A stretch of 64,000 bases of DNA. Origin: a virus. Lineage: Duplodnaviria > Caudoviricetes. Shown one piece after another: positions 1-7,190 of the stretch. Numbering within the stretch: position 1 is the first letter of the stretch; each line of letters starts with the position of its first letter. The notes below the pieces were generated by a model. The model saw only the letters and a list, made by a program, of their open reading frames with translations, made no database searches and had not been told where the DNA came from. A program made the position numbers and the translations under genes. The DNA is taken from IMG/VR virus record IMGVR_UViG_3300048670_000735, positions 1-64,000 of that record; one strand, 5' to 3'.

Positions 1-76
1 CCAAGTCCATAGCCATACTAATGACAGACCTAGGTCGGTGCTGTCAAGAATCTTTAAGCATTCATTTAGTTTATCT

Positions 77-310
77 TTATCTTGTGGCTTCATATGCTAA
101 CTCCCTTTCATTCCATTCCGCTAATGTCTTGACAGTAAAGTCTTTCCCTAAATTATAACAGTAGAGCACAGCATCCGTCAAAGATTCAGTCTCATATATT
201 GGTATAGACATAGGTATATCTGTTTTATCATAGACCTCAAATGTATCTACTCCTCCAGGTGAGCAAGAGTATTCCATTTCCAGGATTTCTAGACTTGGCT
301 CGTATGACAT
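77..310 (-). CDS. hypothetical phage protein (77 aa)
   Basis: ORF track; start overlaps the upstream stop (TAATG coupling). Confidence 0.8.
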   Translation of the reverse strand: MSYEPSLEILEMEYSCSPGGVDTFEVYDKTDIPMSIPIYETESLTDAVLYCYNLGKDFTVKTLAEWNERELAYEATR

Positions 311-603
311 TATTTTTGCCCTTTCTTTAGTTCTCGGTTATATGCTTCTGCAATTGCAAATGATAAATCATATGTTAGTTGATATACTGCAGTTAAGGCG
401 TCTAGTCTTCCTTCCGCCTCTGTGCGAACCATAGAATCCATTGCTTCTTCGGTCTCTTGTTCTCTTTCGCTGGCCTCTGATAGTTCTTGTTCTGCCATTA
501 GCATTAGATTTTTTAGTTCACCGTGCATTATATCTAATCCACTAACACCTGCATTAACCATTCGTTGCAAATGGGGCGGGAGCCCAATATCTTCTGCATT
601 CAT
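310..603 (-). CDS. hypothetical protein (start moved to MNAEDIG)
   Basis: ATG at 603 overlaps the TGA of the upstream peptide gene (ATGA). Confidence 0.75.
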   Translation of the reverse strand: MNAEDIGLPPHLQRMVNAGVSGLDIMHGELKNLMLMAEQELSEASEREQETEEAMDSMVRTEAEGRLDALTAVYQLTYDLSFAIAEAYNRELKKGQK

Positions 604-761
604 CGTGATGAACACCGAAATACATTACGATAAGTCCAGCCAAGTCGTTTGTCTGATACCTTAGTCATAACATTTTTACAAGTTGTTACTCCAGCATTTG
701 CTGGGGCGGAGGTAATAGGAAGTAGTCCTAATACAACCATTGCTATAATTGCTTTTTTCAT
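600..761 (-). CDS. small predicted secreted peptide, 53 aa (MKKAIIAMVVLGLLPITSAPANAGVTTCK...FRCSSR)
   Basis: Read by hand, below ORF-track cutoff; ACGAAAGG RBS, promoter at 789-810, Sec-type signal peptide ending A-N-A, two Cys. Confidence 0.75.
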   Translation of the reverse strand: MKKAIIAMVVLGLLPITSAPANAGVTTCKNVMTKVSDKRLGWTYRNVFRCSSR

Positions 762-970
762 TATTCATACCTTTCGTTAGTAGAGTTCATTATATCAGTC
801 GCCACTGACAATAAATGGTCCATACAAGCAATTGCTCCTTGAAGATATTCTTTTGGATATCCCTCATTTGTTACCTCATGGTCCTCAATTGCTTCCATAT
901 CTTGGATTAAAGATAACTTATGTAATTTCATATATTCTATAAAATAAGATGACTTAGTCTGTGTGGTCAA
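761..970 (-). CDS. hypothetical protein
   Basis: ORF track, part of coupled minus-strand array. Confidence 0.75.
   Translation of the reverse strand: MTTQTKSSYFIEYMKLHKLSLIQDMEAIEDHEVTNEGYPKEYLQGAIACMDHLLSVATDIMNSTNERYE
789..810 (-). promoter_or_regulatory. TGTCAG-N10-TATAAT promoter (PafBC/RecA-NDp type), copy 1
   Basis: exact motif and spacing shared with 11 other copies. Confidence 0.8.
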
Positions 971-1136
971 AGTAACCCTCCGCCCATAGGCCTTGTAAGA
1001 AACTAACAGCCATTTCTAAATCATTCCTTAGTTCTGTCTTATCCATTAAATCGGACGGGGTACGAAGATAAAAAAGCTTTGCGTCATGTACAGCATTAAT
1101 CATCTTGTTTAGATCGGATTCAGTATAACCTAACAT
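954..1136 (-). CDS. hypothetical protein
   Basis: ORF track. Confidence 0.75.
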   Translation of the reverse strand: MLGYTESDLNKMINAVHDAKLFYLRTPSDLMDKTELRNDLEMAVSFLQGLWAEGYFDHTD

Positions 1137-1348
1137 AAGTAATCCTCATCTCCCTCTTTTAGTTCATAGAACTTATTAAACTCATCTTGTATGAATTTAT
1201 CTCCTGACATTTCTGCAAATTGTTTATCTGCATAATACTGGCCCTCATCTAGATTATTATTAATCCAGTCCTCTAGTAATTGTTCCGCTATATCTTGGTA
1301 GACAGCGTCAATTACCATTTGATTTACATCTTCTAAGAAACTAGCCAT
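1130..1348 (-). CDS. hypothetical acidic protein
   Basis: ORF track. Confidence 0.75.
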   Translation of the reverse strand: MASFLEDVNQMVIDAVYQDIAEQLLEDWINNNLDEGQYYADKQFAEMSGDKFIQDEFNKFYELKEGDEDYLC

Positions 1349-2132
1349 TTAGTGCCTCTTCCTGTGTGTAGGTTTTCAAAGGTAATAGTACACTATGGGT
1401 CTGACATTTTGCCATAGCCTCTTCATCCTGCCAAGAGCCATAATTACATTCTGAACAGAATTCACCGCAGTCATCTTCACAATAAGATAATGTATCAAAA
1501 GATTGGCAAGCATAGCAACGGTTCTCCCATTCAGCCAATTCTTTTACTTCACCACGGACAATCTCATATTCCCCACCCCAACCTGTTTCTTCCTCAAACT
1601 CTAATGTAAGCAGGCAGTTAGGAACAAGATTACTTAGTTTAGTTAAGATAGTTACAGCAGGTGACCAAGCAGTCTCATACTTATATACAACCCAGTTGTC
1701 ATCACCTTCTGATTTCTCTTCAAGCAATTCTGTATTTGGATATTCATCACCGTCACGGACGGCTACATCCCATTTAGTTCCCCAGTTAGATGTATTCCAC
1801 GAATACCAATCTTTTTGGGTCTTAGCAAACTCAACAGATTTGCGGAACCAATCAGGGTCATTCTGAATATCATAGTTGCCACGAGAAGGCTGGCAAGCAT
1901 ACTCTTCATCAGTAATTCCGTCATCTTTATATGAGTGGATATTATGGAAAGAAAAAACGGGATTAGAATAAGACACCTGTTCAATCTTAGTAGGAAATCC
2001 CATAGTAGAAATATCACCCATACCAAATGTCTCTTGGGCTAATGTAAAAGGCTTATTCAATCTATCTTTAATCATATCTACCTCAGACTTAGGTCCTTGG
2101 ATAGTTAATGTGTTATAACACCAATTTGGCAT
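1341..2132 (-). CDS. DUF1281/YubB-like ferredoxin-fold family protein
   Basis: MPNWC.N.L.I.G N-terminus, WY.W...NWGTKWD and TAWSP motifs typical of this family. Confidence 0.7.
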   Translation of the reverse strand: MPNWCYNTLTIQGPKSEVDMIKDRLNKPFTLAQETFGMGDISTMGFPTKIEQVSYSNPVFSFHNIHSYKDDGITDEEYACQPSRGNYDIQNDPDWFRKSVEFAKTQKDWYSWNTSNWGTKWDVAVRDGDEYPNTELLEEKSEGDDNWVVYKYETAWSPAVTILTKLSNLVPNCLLTLEFEEETGWGGEYEIVRGEVKELAEWENRCYACQSFDTLSYCEDDCGEFCSECNYGSWQDEEAMAKCQTHSVLLPLKTYTQEEALNG

Positions 2133-2159
2133 TTTATATCCTTTCGTTGATATGGCTTA

Positions 2160-2181
2160 ATTATATAATGGACCACTGACA
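2160..2181 (-). promoter_or_regulatory. TGTCAG-N10-TATAAT promoter, copy 2 (also TAGACA -35 18 bp upstream of the -10)
   Basis: motif upstream of ACGAAAGG RBS and ATG 2132. Confidence 0.85.
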
Positions 2182-2199
2182 TTTGTCTAGGCTATATCG

Positions 2200-2242
2200 T
2201 GTGATTCACACCACATTGCCCAGCTTTGTGGTCAAGATCACA
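2200..2242. promoter_or_regulatory. two CRP/GlxR-type boxes (TGTGA-N6-CCACA 2200-2215; TGTGG-N6-TCACA 2227-2242)
   Basis: one mismatch each to TGTGA-N6-TCACA. Confidence 0.65.
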
Positions 2243-2306
2243 GAATTTTCAGGGATTTTATATTGACATCGTAAACAAAATAATATACCCTCAGTCTTTT
2301 GCGGGC
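2243..2306. repeat. tripartite intergenic element copy 1 (AATTTTCAGGG-N14-TCGTAA-N25-TGCGGGC)
   Basis: five copies with conserved blocks and spacing. Confidence 0.8.
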
Positions 2307-2334
2307 AAACAAAAAACCCCAGCTTGCGCTGAGG
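2307..2334 (-). terminator. rho-independent terminator
   Basis: CCTCAGC-GCAA-GCTGGGG followed by TTTTTTGTTT on the minus strand. Confidence 0.8.
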
Positions 2335-2483
2335 CTTATGTTTTAGGTGTACACCAAACTTAATATATGAATATGGCTGCTGATTTCCAACGAAAGAAAT
2401 AAACCGCTTTACTTAGCGCCTGGCCCGCAGACTAGTTAGACGCACCACTTCATTTCTGTATTAAAACCAGGACCAAGGTCCTT
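2307..2483 (-). ncRNA. candidate ~175-nt structured small RNA
   Basis: TGGTATAAT extended -10 at 2490-2498, no substantial ORF, several stems, ends in an intrinsic terminator. Confidence 0.45.
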
Positions 2484-2490
2484 AGACTAA

Positions 2491-2859
2491 TTATACCATA
2501 CTCAGTTGAGTAGAATATTTGTCGACAAACGACTCTAGGCTTAGACTAAATACCTCGGTCTGCAGGTCTTCTTGCATTAGAGTAAACGTTTTGTTTTTCC
2601 AATCGATAATAGGTACCTTGTGCTCGTTGTCTGCTAACTCATTAACTGTAATGCCCCAACCTGTTTCGCTGGACCACTCATCCGCAATTAAATTAGATAT
2701 ACATATACGTGTTGCATATGCTTCGTCATTCCATCGAGGCTTTGCTGTAAGAACACAGTCTGCTAAATTCTCTAGCATTCTGTGGCCTGCCCAATGACCG
2801 TATAGAAATACAACATTCTCATTGGATTGTCTAAATCCAAAGTTTGCTCTGTCTCCCAT
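2491..2859 (-). CDS. conserved hypothetical phage protein (MGDRAN...LYGHWAG)
   Basis: ORF track; RBS upstream. Confidence 0.8.
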   Translation of the reverse strand: MGDRANFGFRQSNENVVFLYGHWAGHRMLENLADCVLTAKPRWNDEAYATRICISNLIADEWSSETGWGITVNELADNEHKVPIIDWKNKTFTLMQEDLQTEVFSLSLESFVDKYSTQLSMV

Positions 2860-2860
2860 T

Positions 2861-3049
2861 TTATTCCGCCTTCGTTAGTTGTTGCTGCTCGTAGTTGAGC
2901 AATTGTACCATTTCTTGGGCCCAGTCCACAAGAGACTCGCCCTGTTCATTTTTATGATGTCCGCAGAAGTAAAGAGACATTTCGTATTTCTTTGCTTCCC
3001 ACATAGCTTGCGCTGCACATTGGTCACACTTAAGCCATTCAGCCATCAT
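2861..3049 (-). CDS. small zinc-binding protein (CxxC...CxHH)
   Basis: CDQC and FCGHH motifs. Confidence 0.7.
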   Translation of the reverse strand: MMAEWLKCDQCAAQAMWEAKKYEMSLYFCGHHKNEQGESLVDWAQEMVQLLNYEQQQLTKAE

Positions 3050-3189
3050 AGGTTTCCACCTTCAATCATTTCAGAAAGACGATCAAGGATCCAAGAATCA
3101 ATGTCAGCGATATCAATCTCTGCTAACTTATCCATAATTTCTTCACGAGCAAACTTATACCCGTCTTGAAACCCGTCTTTGTAATCCAT
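3046..3189 (-). CDS. hypothetical protein, 47 aa (MDYKDGFQDGYKFAREE...)
   Basis: read by hand; coupled on both sides, AGGAGA RBS. Confidence 0.7.
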   Translation of the reverse strand: MDYKDGFQDGYKFAREEIMDKLAEIDIADIDSWILDRLSEMIEGGNL

Positions 3190-3401
3190 TATTTCTCCTT
3201 GTATCCTGTCGCTTCTCTGTCTGACCAGTAAGATTCTTTTAAATTATACTTGTCACGAATACGACTAACTTTCTCAATACTACCAGTTCCAATGTTGAAA
3301 GTCAACGGCCCGCATTGTTCAGGGTCTAGCCCTGTGATTTCTGCATCCCAATAGGCTCTCTCCATTGAGAGCCTATCAGGAGCGGTTAACTCAAAGTACA
3401 T
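3189..3401 (-). CDS. hypothetical protein
   Basis: ORF track, TAATG coupling. Confidence 0.75.
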   Translation of the reverse strand: MYFELTAPDRLSMERAYWDAEITGLDPEQCGPLTFNIGTGSIEKVSRIRDKYNLKESYWSDREATGYKEK

Positions 3402-4030
3402 TAGTTCTCACGCACATTACATACTTCTTGGTCATTGATTTCAATGTTACCGTTCTGTGAATCAGCAAAGAGAGCATCTGTAATTTCTGACTCAAGGTCC
3501 ATATCATAATCATTTTCAAGAATGTTGAAAGAATATGTTCCGCTAACTTCAATAGATGCAGACCATTCAACTTCTTTGATAAGTTCAATACCAAGCGCCT
3601 CAGCAATTTCACGTAAGGTATCTTGGTCTTGTGAGTCTGCATATGCCTCGCAGATAATTTCTTTAGCCGCATCAATCTTAGATGAATACATATTTGCTTG
3701 CTTCTGTGATTGACGTCCATTGTGTAGAGACCATTCAATGCTAGCAACTTTATCTGTTTCATAAGTTGCATCTGAATAGCCGTGGATAACCTTATATGTT
3801 ACTAATAGGTTAGCGTTGTAAGACTCAGGGACTGTTACTGTAGGTGTTGTTGTCTCTTCCATTTGTTCCTCTTTCGTTTGGTTAGGGGTTGATTCTACCA
3901 CACTGGTCTGACACCATACAACTGCTGGGTCTGAACAATTACAGGACGGGTCCTGAAAATGTATCCCCTTAGATACGATCTCAATAGATGCATCACAAGA
4001 TGTACATACATACCAATATGATTTGAACAT
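3401..4030 (-). CDS. hypothetical protein; leaderless long form from 4030 (N-terminal CxxC/CxC) and shorter form from 3862
   Basis: the ORF-track start at 4192 lies inside tRNA-Asp; ATG 4030 is 6 nt after a -10; ATG 3862 has its own promoter and RBS. Confidence 0.7.
   Translation of the reverse strand: MFKSYWYVCTSCDASIEIVSKGIHFQDPSCNCSDPAVVWCQTSVVESTPNQTKEEQMEETTTPTVTVPESYNANLLVTYKVIHGYSDATYETDKVASIEWSLHNGRQSQKQANMYSSKIDAAKEIICEAYADSQDQDTLREIAEALGIELIKEVEWSASIEVSGTYSFNILENDYDMDLESEITDALFADSQNGNIEINDQEVCNVREN
3892..3913 (-). promoter_or_regulatory. TGTCAG-N10-TAGAAT promoter, copy 3 (intragenic)
   Basis: exact motif. Confidence 0.75.
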
Positions 4031-4036
4031 GTCGCT

Positions 4037-4058
4037 ATTATAGCGGGTCCCACTGACA
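4037..4058 (-). promoter_or_regulatory. TGTCAG-N10-TATAAT promoter, copy 4 (leaderless)
   Basis: exact motif, ATG 6 nt downstream. Confidence 0.85.
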
Positions 4059-4066
4059 TTTACAAG

Positions 4067-4127
4067 AATTTTCAGGGATTTTTTTTGTGATTCGTAACAC
4101 AAAAATTTTGCCTTTACCTTTGCGGGC
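4067..4127. repeat. tripartite element copy 2, overlapping a CRP-like box (4086-4101)
   Basis: AATTTTCAGGG-N14-TCGTAA-N23-TGCGGGC. Confidence 0.8.
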
Positions 4128-4133
4128 GCTTTG

Positions 4134-4207
4134 CGATCTGTAACGGACTTGAACCGTCGACCTCTACCGTGACAGGGTAGCGCTCTAACCAACTGAGCTA
4201 ACAGACC
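4134..4207 (-). tRNA. trnD: tRNA-Asp (GTC)
   Basis: GGTCTGT/ACAGATC acceptor stem, AGCTCAGTTGGTTAGAGC D-arm, CTACC-CTGTCAC-GGTAG anticodon arm, GGTTCAAGTCC T-arm; no encoded CCA. Confidence 0.95.
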
Positions 4208-4213
4208 AAATGG

Positions 4214-4242
4214 TGAGCAGTTTTAAATCTTGCTCAGGATTT
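4214..4242 (-). ncRNA. small H-type pseudoknot motif, copy 1
   Basis: AAATC-CTGAGCAA-GATTT-AAAAC-TGCTCA; covaries with the copy at 5739-5765. Confidence 0.5.
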
Positions 4243-4249
4243 TTTTTAA

Positions 4250-5254
4250 TTAAAACGCAGAAACTAATTTCTTAATTTTATTTTTTTCTGCTGTAAGAAC
4301 TGGGTCAAACCCTGATGCGCCAGCCATAAGAGTTTCGCCATTGCCACGCCCTGAACGATAATAATCTAAACGCTCAGTTAGTGCATTGAACGCACCCCAC
4401 TTTGTGCCTTTGATATTAGCGTTAGTTGGTGAATTATGATAAAGGTCATCAAGAAGAACGACTTTGTTTTCCCACTTCTTGATTGCGCCCTTAGCATCTT
4501 TTTCAGGCTTAGGATAGATTGTCTGAATCAACTTAGAGAATTCAGCATCGGTGATTGATTGAGAATAAAGCGCTTTCGCTTCTGCTTCAAATTCATCAAA
4601 GTAACCAAGCGCAAGACCAAGAGTCTCACGAGCAACAGCGATGCGACCTTCAACAGATTGCGTGTGGCGAATTTTGAATGATTGCTTTGCATTACGCATT
4701 GCAAGGTTCAAAGTGTTTTGGCATACAACACGAACAGGAGTAACAGCAGCCTGAACAGCAACTGAACCATCGTGTGATGTCCATACGATTAGATATAACT
4801 TTGTCGCATCATTAGCGCCTTGTGGGTCAAGAACCATTGTGCGAGGAATATCAACAGTGCCGAATACAACTTTGCCCTTCTTAAGAGAACCAGCAGATTC
4901 CCAACGGCACTCAGGATTTGCATCGTGAATTGCATCAGCAAATGCGAATAATTCTTCATTCTGCACTGGCTTGTAACGCTTTCCAACAGTTGCAAGAACA
5001 TCTGTGCCCTTGTTGAATGGGTTATCACGAATGACAAGAGATGCGGTAGAAACATCATTCCAAGATTCTGGAATGTGCTCAGTGATTGGAGATAAACGAA
5101 CATTCCAATTTGCCAACTTTGCTTCTTCAAGCATTGATTGTGTAGTTACTTCTTCATCTTGTGTGAAGATGCGATTTGCTAGGTTGTGCCAAGCAGGTGC
5201 GCCACGAAGAGCGAAAGCAACTTCGCCATTTTCCATTTCTAGATTGTGAGCCAT
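4250..5254 (-). CDS. DUF932 / TIGR03299-type phage/plasmid protein
   Basis: MAH..E, AWH.L, Y.PVQN.E.F, SAGSL..G, SHDGS, TPVRVVCQNTL, IRHT, GT.WGAFNA motifs. Confidence 0.85.
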   Translation of the reverse strand: MAHNLEMENGEVAFALRGAPAWHNLANRIFTQDEEVTTQSMLEEAKLANWNVRLSPITEHIPESWNDVSTASLVIRDNPFNKGTDVLATVGKRYKPVQNEELFAFADAIHDANPECRWESAGSLKKGKVVFGTVDIPRTMVLDPQGANDATKLYLIVWTSHDGSVAVQAAVTPVRVVCQNTLNLAMRNAKQSFKIRHTQSVEGRIAVARETLGLALGYFDEFEAEAKALYSQSITDAEFSKLIQTIYPKPEKDAKGAIKKWENKVVLLDDLYHNSPTNANIKGTKWGAFNALTERLDYYRSGRGNGETLMAGASGFDPVLTAEKNKIKKLVSAF

Positions 5255-5287
5255 ATATTTATTACCTTTCGTTTGATTGTTGATGCA

Positions 5288-5309
5288 AGTATAACAGGGG
5301 GCACTGACA
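5288..5309 (-). promoter_or_regulatory. TGTCAG-N10-TATACT promoter, copy 5
   Basis: exact motif. Confidence 0.85.
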
Positions 5310-5347
5310 TTGTCTAGATTAGTTAGTCATTTGTCCGAATTGATCCG

Positions 5348-5363
5348 TGTGATTAATCTCACA
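5348..5363. promoter_or_regulatory. CRP/GlxR box, perfect (TGTGA-ttaatc-TCACA)
   Basis: consensus match. Confidence 0.75.
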
Positions 5364-5424
5364 AAATTTCAGGGTTATCCACAACTAGTCGTAAACCTGT
5401 GGAAAACCCCTTACATGTGCGGGC
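5364..5424. repeat. tripartite element copy 3 containing two DnaA boxes (TTATCCACA 5375-5383; TGTGGAAAA 5398-5406)
   Basis: conserved blocks and spacing; matches to TTWTNCACA. Confidence 0.8.
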
Positions 5425-5481
5425 TTCCCGCACCACCAACTGGAGCTAGCAGCGCTAACCCCAGTTGATCGATGCGATTAC

Positions 5482-5703
5482 TTATGAATTTATTTTTGCA
5501 ACAGTGTCTTCATTTAAAAACATTGCTGTTGTTTTCTTTTTCTTTTGCATATCAAAAACGTAAGCATTTACTTTTCCACTAAAGCGGCGGATGTTAGAAA
5601 ATACTAACTCAGTTAGGTGCTCTTTATCTACACCTTGCTCTGAATAAATAGTTACATCATTTAATTTGTTTGCGTCATAGATTTCAACTCTAAAGCGAGC
5701 CAT
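5482..5703 (-). CDS. hypothetical protein
   Basis: ORF track; AAAGG RBS. Confidence 0.8.
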   Translation of the reverse strand: MARFRVEIYDANKLNDVTIYSEQGVDKEHLTELVFSNIRRFSGKVNAYVFDMQKKKKTTAMFLNEDTVAKINS

Positions 5704-5738
5704 TGTATTACCTTTGTTAGTAGTTGTCCCCGAAGGGA

Positions 5739-5765
5739 GAGCAGTTTGGCGACATACTCAGGTCG
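5739..5765 (-). ncRNA. small H-type pseudoknot motif, copy 2
   Basis: CGAC-CTGAGTAT-GTCG-CCAAAC-TGCTC, followed by a UUCG hairpin. Confidence 0.5.
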
Positions 5766-5774
5766 TTTATTTAT

Positions 5775-6191
5775 TTAGAGATACTTAGCAATTTGCTTCA
5801 TTGTAGAAGCATTTACTGTTTCCTCATCTGTCATCTTGAGAATTGTGAGAGCATTTGAGATGTCCTCTTTCATTTCACGATAACTGTGCTGATGGATAAC
5901 CTCAAAATCTTTTTGAGGTTCAGCAGGGAAAGTTCCCTCTTTTGTGATGATGTCAAAATCAACATTGAGAGTGTTGTTCCAAGAGCGATAGTTTGTGCGA
6001 AGGTTCTCAGCCTTTGAGAAATTAGCAATAGCCCACTTGCCAATTTCCTTTTTCCACGCTTCTACCGCTTTGGTGTGCTTTGCTTCTTTTGCTTCTTGTG
6101 TTGCGTAGTTAGTTTCTAACTCAGCAAGACGAGCCTCTAGTGCCTTGATTACCTTTGGTGTTGCCACCTTTACTGTAATTGCTCTGCTCAT
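5775..6191 (-). CDS. hypothetical protein
   Basis: ORF track; ACGAAAGG RBS. Confidence 0.85.
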   Translation of the reverse strand: MSRAITVKVATPKVIKALEARLAELETNYATQEAKEAKHTKAVEAWKKEIGKWAIANFSKAENLRTNYRSWNNTLNVDFDIITKEGTFPAEPQKDFEVIHQHSYREMKEDISNALTILKMTDEETVNASTMKQIAKYL

Positions 6192-6229
6192 TTTGTATTA
6201 CCTTTCGTTGGTTGGTTGTTGTTGTGAAT

Positions 6230-6251
6230 AGTATAGCAGGGGGGTCTGACA
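6230..6251 (-). promoter_or_regulatory. TGTCAG-N10-TATACT promoter, copy 6 (TGTCAG forms the loop of a 10-bp inverted repeat 6236-6261)
   Basis: exact motif. Confidence 0.85.
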
Positions 6252-6268
6252 ACCCCCCTGCCACCGCC

Positions 6269-6445
6269 TTATACTAGGCTTGCGTTGCTAACTGTTGTCC
6301 AACGAGTTTCTTTCGTTGGCATTTCTAGTAGCACTCTCACCGAGCCAGATGAGTTAGGAATAATCTCTTTGATTACGCCTGTCTTTTTTGACTTTAGGGT
6401 GGTGAATAAATCACCGACCTTGTAAGTGTATCCATTTACTGTCAT
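6269..6445 (-). CDS. small SH3/KOW-like beta protein (start moved to MTVNG)
   Basis: GAAAGGA RBS before ATG 6445; the ORF-track start lies within the promoter; fold guessed from YKVGD...TGVI pattern. Confidence 0.7.
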   Translation of the reverse strand: MTVNGYTYKVGDLFTTLKSKKTGVIKEIIPNSSGSVRVLLEMPTKETRWTTVSNASLV

Positions 6446-6471
6446 TTTGCTTCCTTTCTGTTTAGGGTTGT

Positions 6472-6493
6472 ATTTTAGCATTGGGGTCTGACA
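6472..6493 (-). promoter_or_regulatory. TGTCAG-N10-TAAAAT promoter, copy 7
   Basis: exact motif. Confidence 0.85.
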
Positions 6494-6531
6494 TTTGTCT
6501 AGCCCTATCTCAGTATTTGAGAATGTTATTG

Positions 6532-6547
6532 TGTGACCTTAGTCACA
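6532..6547. promoter_or_regulatory. CRP/GlxR box, perfect (TGTGA-ccttag-TCACA)
   Basis: consensus match. Confidence 0.75.
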
Positions 6548-6805
6548 CTCAGGTAGCCACGCTTCCAAGTGGTGAGCATCAACTATTGCAGACGCAGGGC
6601 AGGAAGTCTGTCCTCGCCAAGTGATACCTTCAGGTAAATTGATCTCACGGCTGTATTCCTCATCATAGAATGCATCAATAGCATCTATGCAAGGTTGCAC
6701 CATTGATACGGGAACGGGTGGGTAATGATTACCCTGTAAGTGATAAGCAAGTCCTGCCTCTAGTGATAGTTCATCTGCAAGTCCTAGTGCTGTTGTGTAT
6801 CCCAT
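6539..6805 (-). CDS. conserved hypothetical phage protein (HL.GNHYPPVP...HHL.AW)
   Basis: ORF track. Confidence 0.8.
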   Translation of the reverse strand: MGYTTALGLADELSLEAGLAYHLQGNHYPPVPVSMVQPCIDAIDAFYDEEYSREINLPEGITWRGQTSCPASAIVDAHHLEAWLPECD

Positions 6806-7011
6806 TATGCCACCACCTTTAGAATTGCGTATGAACCGCCTGCATTAATTTCATCTATTGCAGGCTGAATTGCAGGCATTACTAATTCTTTTAGCATTCC
6901 TTCTAGCATAGTAATTTGCGCTTCTGTATCTAGTGCAAGAAAACGCTGTGCGATTGGATGTGTTTCGTCAAACTCTGTTACGAATTTGAGAAAGTGTTCT
7001 ACTTGTGTCAT
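6805..7011 (-). CDS. hypothetical protein
   Basis: ORF track; ACGAAAGG RBS. Confidence 0.8.
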   Translation of the reverse strand: MTQVEHFLKFVTEFDETHPIAQRFLALDTEAQITMLEGMLKELVMPAIQPAIDEINAGGSYAILKVVA

Positions 7012-7040
7012 TTGTAGCCTTTCGTTGTTGGTATGAGAGT

Positions 7041-7062
7041 ATTATAGCGTGCTCCACTGACA
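7041..7062 (-). promoter_or_regulatory. TGTCAG-N10-TATAAT promoter, copy 8
   Basis: exact motif. Confidence 0.85.
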
Positions 7063-7095
7063 TTACCTAATCCATACTCGGCGTGTCGCAGCTTT

Positions 7096-7111
7096 TGTGA
7101 GATTAATCACA
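7096..7111. promoter_or_regulatory. CRP/GlxR box, perfect (TGTGA-gattaa-TCACA)
   Basis: consensus match. Confidence 0.75.
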
Positions 7112-7172
7112 AAATTTCAGGGGTTGTGGATAAACCTCGTAAGCCTGTGGATAAACCCTCACCTATGCGGGC
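7112..7172. repeat. tripartite element copy 4 containing two perfect DnaA boxes (TGTGGATAA 7125-7133 and 7146-7154)
   Basis: conserved blocks and spacing. Confidence 0.8.
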
Positions 7173-7190
7173 GAGCTGCATATTTATGCG

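Noticed and set aside
4031-4192. N-terminal 54 codons of ORF 3401..4192
   Set aside because: They overlap tRNA-Asp, a tripartite element and a promoter; the real starts are 4030 and 3862.
4214-5765. CUGAG...AAAC motifs as hammerhead ribozymes
   Set aside because: They lack the CUGANGA/GAAA core and three-stem junction; kept only as an unassigned pseudoknot.
6508-6522. TCTCA-gtatt-TGAGA palindrome with partial echoes near 8381 and 18587
   Set aside because: Only one good copy; too weak to call an operator.
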